Below, one piece after another: positions 28,995-29,785 of a stretch of 29,785 bases of DNA (the first letter of the stretch is position 1; each line of letters opens with the position of its first letter). This DNA is from Calditrichia bacterium (lineage in GTDB: Bacteria; Calditrichota; Calditrichia; RBG-13-44-9): positions 29,058 to 58,842 of the forward strand of contig JARRQT010000007.1 of assembly GCA_037381445.1 (NCBI GenBank), given 5' to 3'. Position numbers and translations under genes: made by a program. The notes beneath the pieces are model-generated. The model was not told the DNA's origin, made no database searches, and saw nothing but the letters and a program-made list of their open reading frames with translations.

Positions 28995-29023
28995 TGGATT
29001 CCGGCTATCCATGCCGGAATGAC
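28995..29023 (-). repeat. REP-like palindrome family C (CGTC-tagged), right copy, inverted
   Basis: Minus strand (C)GTC-ATTCCGGC-ATGGATA-GCCGGAAT-CCA. Confidence 0.8.
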
Positions 29024-29034
29024 GATGCGGTTTG

Positions 29035-29719
29035 TCACTCCAAATAGGCCTCCACAATCTCTTCCCGTGCCAGCACTTCCTCCGGCACTCCCTCCGCTAT
29101 CTTTTTGCCGTGGTCCATCACAATTTACCGGGTTGACGCCGGAGACCGGTTCGTCCAGCAGCAGGTAGTCCGCCTCTGTCGCCAGGCAGCAGCCCAGAGA
29201 GAGCAGTTTCTGCTGGCCGTAGGAGAGCGCTTCCGCCAGGTCATGCCGCTTTTCGTATAAGCCGATGAAATCCAGGATTTCCTTCACTTTTTCCCGGTTT
29301 TCCTGCCTGTCCCGGTGATATTTCGTCCCGCGCAGCCAGGCGGAAAACGGTCCTTCACCCAACTGGTTCAGGCGGCACAGCAGCAGGTTCTCCATCACCG
29401 TAACCTGCCGCAGCAGGCGCAGGTCCTGAAAGGTGCGGGCGAGGCCGGCATGGACAACCCGGTGCGGCGCGGTTTTCAGCAGGTCCCGGCCGCGGAAGCG
29501 GAAACTGCCGCTGTCGGCAGGGAGAAAGCCGGTGATGATATTGAACAGGGTGGTCTTCCCGGCGCCGTTGGGACCGATGAGGCCGACGATGGATTTTTCT
29601 ACCCTCCCGGAAGCTTCAAGCTTCCGGGAGGACGCATCATCCCAATCAAACGAGAATCCGTCCACCGCCCGAATCCCGTCAAACGATTTTGAAATATTTT
29701 TTATGCTAAATTCAGTCAC
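29035..29719 (-). pseudogene. livG: LivG-like ABC ATP-binding protein with an internal deletion/frameshift at ~29125
   Basis: GPNGAGKTT, ARTFQ, LSYGQQK, LLDEP.SGVNP. The true C-terminus IVMDHGKKIAEGVPEEVLAREEIVEAYLE* is in another frame (stop 29035-29037), and the H-loop segment is absent. Confidence 0.8.
29603..29631. repeat. REP-like family A, copy 3, in-frame inside livG
   Basis: Perfect inverted repeat CCTCCCGGAAGCTT-C-AAGCTTCCGGGAGG. Confidence 0.85.
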
Positions 29720-29735
29720 AATTTTTCCTTATGAC

Positions 29736-29785
29736 CTTCCCGGACGCCTGGAGCTTCCGGGAAGGCGGGAGGTAAAAGTAAAATC
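29736..29785. repeat. REP-like family A, copy 4, with tail, running to the window end
   Basis: 49/50 identical to 25002-25051. Confidence 0.9.

Larger units (their letters stand above)
28559..29023 (-). mobile_element. Candidate REP-flanked GIY-YIG cassette inserted between livG and livF
   Basis: Inverted terminal 29-bp hairpins enclose a single AT-rich nuclease gene and separate two genes that are normally adjacent. Confidence 0.5.

Noticed and set aside
28967..29034. ORF-track C-terminal extension of livG (..VIPAWIAGIQ..)
   Set aside because: Out-of-frame read-through into the family C repeat; the true stop is at 29035-29037.
23721..29785. Palindromic repeats read as a CRISPR array
   Set aside because: Copies are kilobases apart with no regular spacers and no cas genes.
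1..29785. tRNA/rRNA genes, integrase or transposase
   Set aside because: None recognised by eye in any intergenic region or ORF; a covariance-model scan was not possible.

Overview
Bacterial chromosomal window, mostly core metabolism and transport. Left to right: a frameshifted OadA/PycB-type carboxyltransferase, a DUF2188-like protein, then rsmI, a CDP-alcohol phosphatidyltransferase and ino1 (inositol-lipid synthesis), MATE, tmk and an S41 protease. Next come a beta-decarboxylating dehydrogenase, a REC-His kinase, an orphan encapsulin-type ferritin, a putative lipoprotein and MscS. A CopA copper ATPase has an unannotated 32-aa membrane peptide downstream and a candidate sigma54 promoter with tandem enhancer sites. 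After it lie an HDAC-family deacetylase with an uncharacterised GNAT-like partner, two different BCATs and an MFSD1-like transporter. The right-hand ~6 kb is more accessory and carries three separate families of REP-like palindromes, a REP-flanked AAA ATPase, an aldo-keto reductase remnant, a cation:proton antiporter and livG/livF-like ABC ATPases. The best candidate for an undescribed system is an AT-rich GIY-YIG nuclease gene between livG and livF. It is bracketed by two inverted 29-bp GTCATTCC...GGAATCCA hairpins and a 12/13-bp direct repeat, which suggests a nuclease-associated REP cassette. Two genes (carboxyltransferase, livG) show deletion-type frameshifts that may be assembly or gap artefacts. 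All family calls come from motif recognition by eye; no searches were run.
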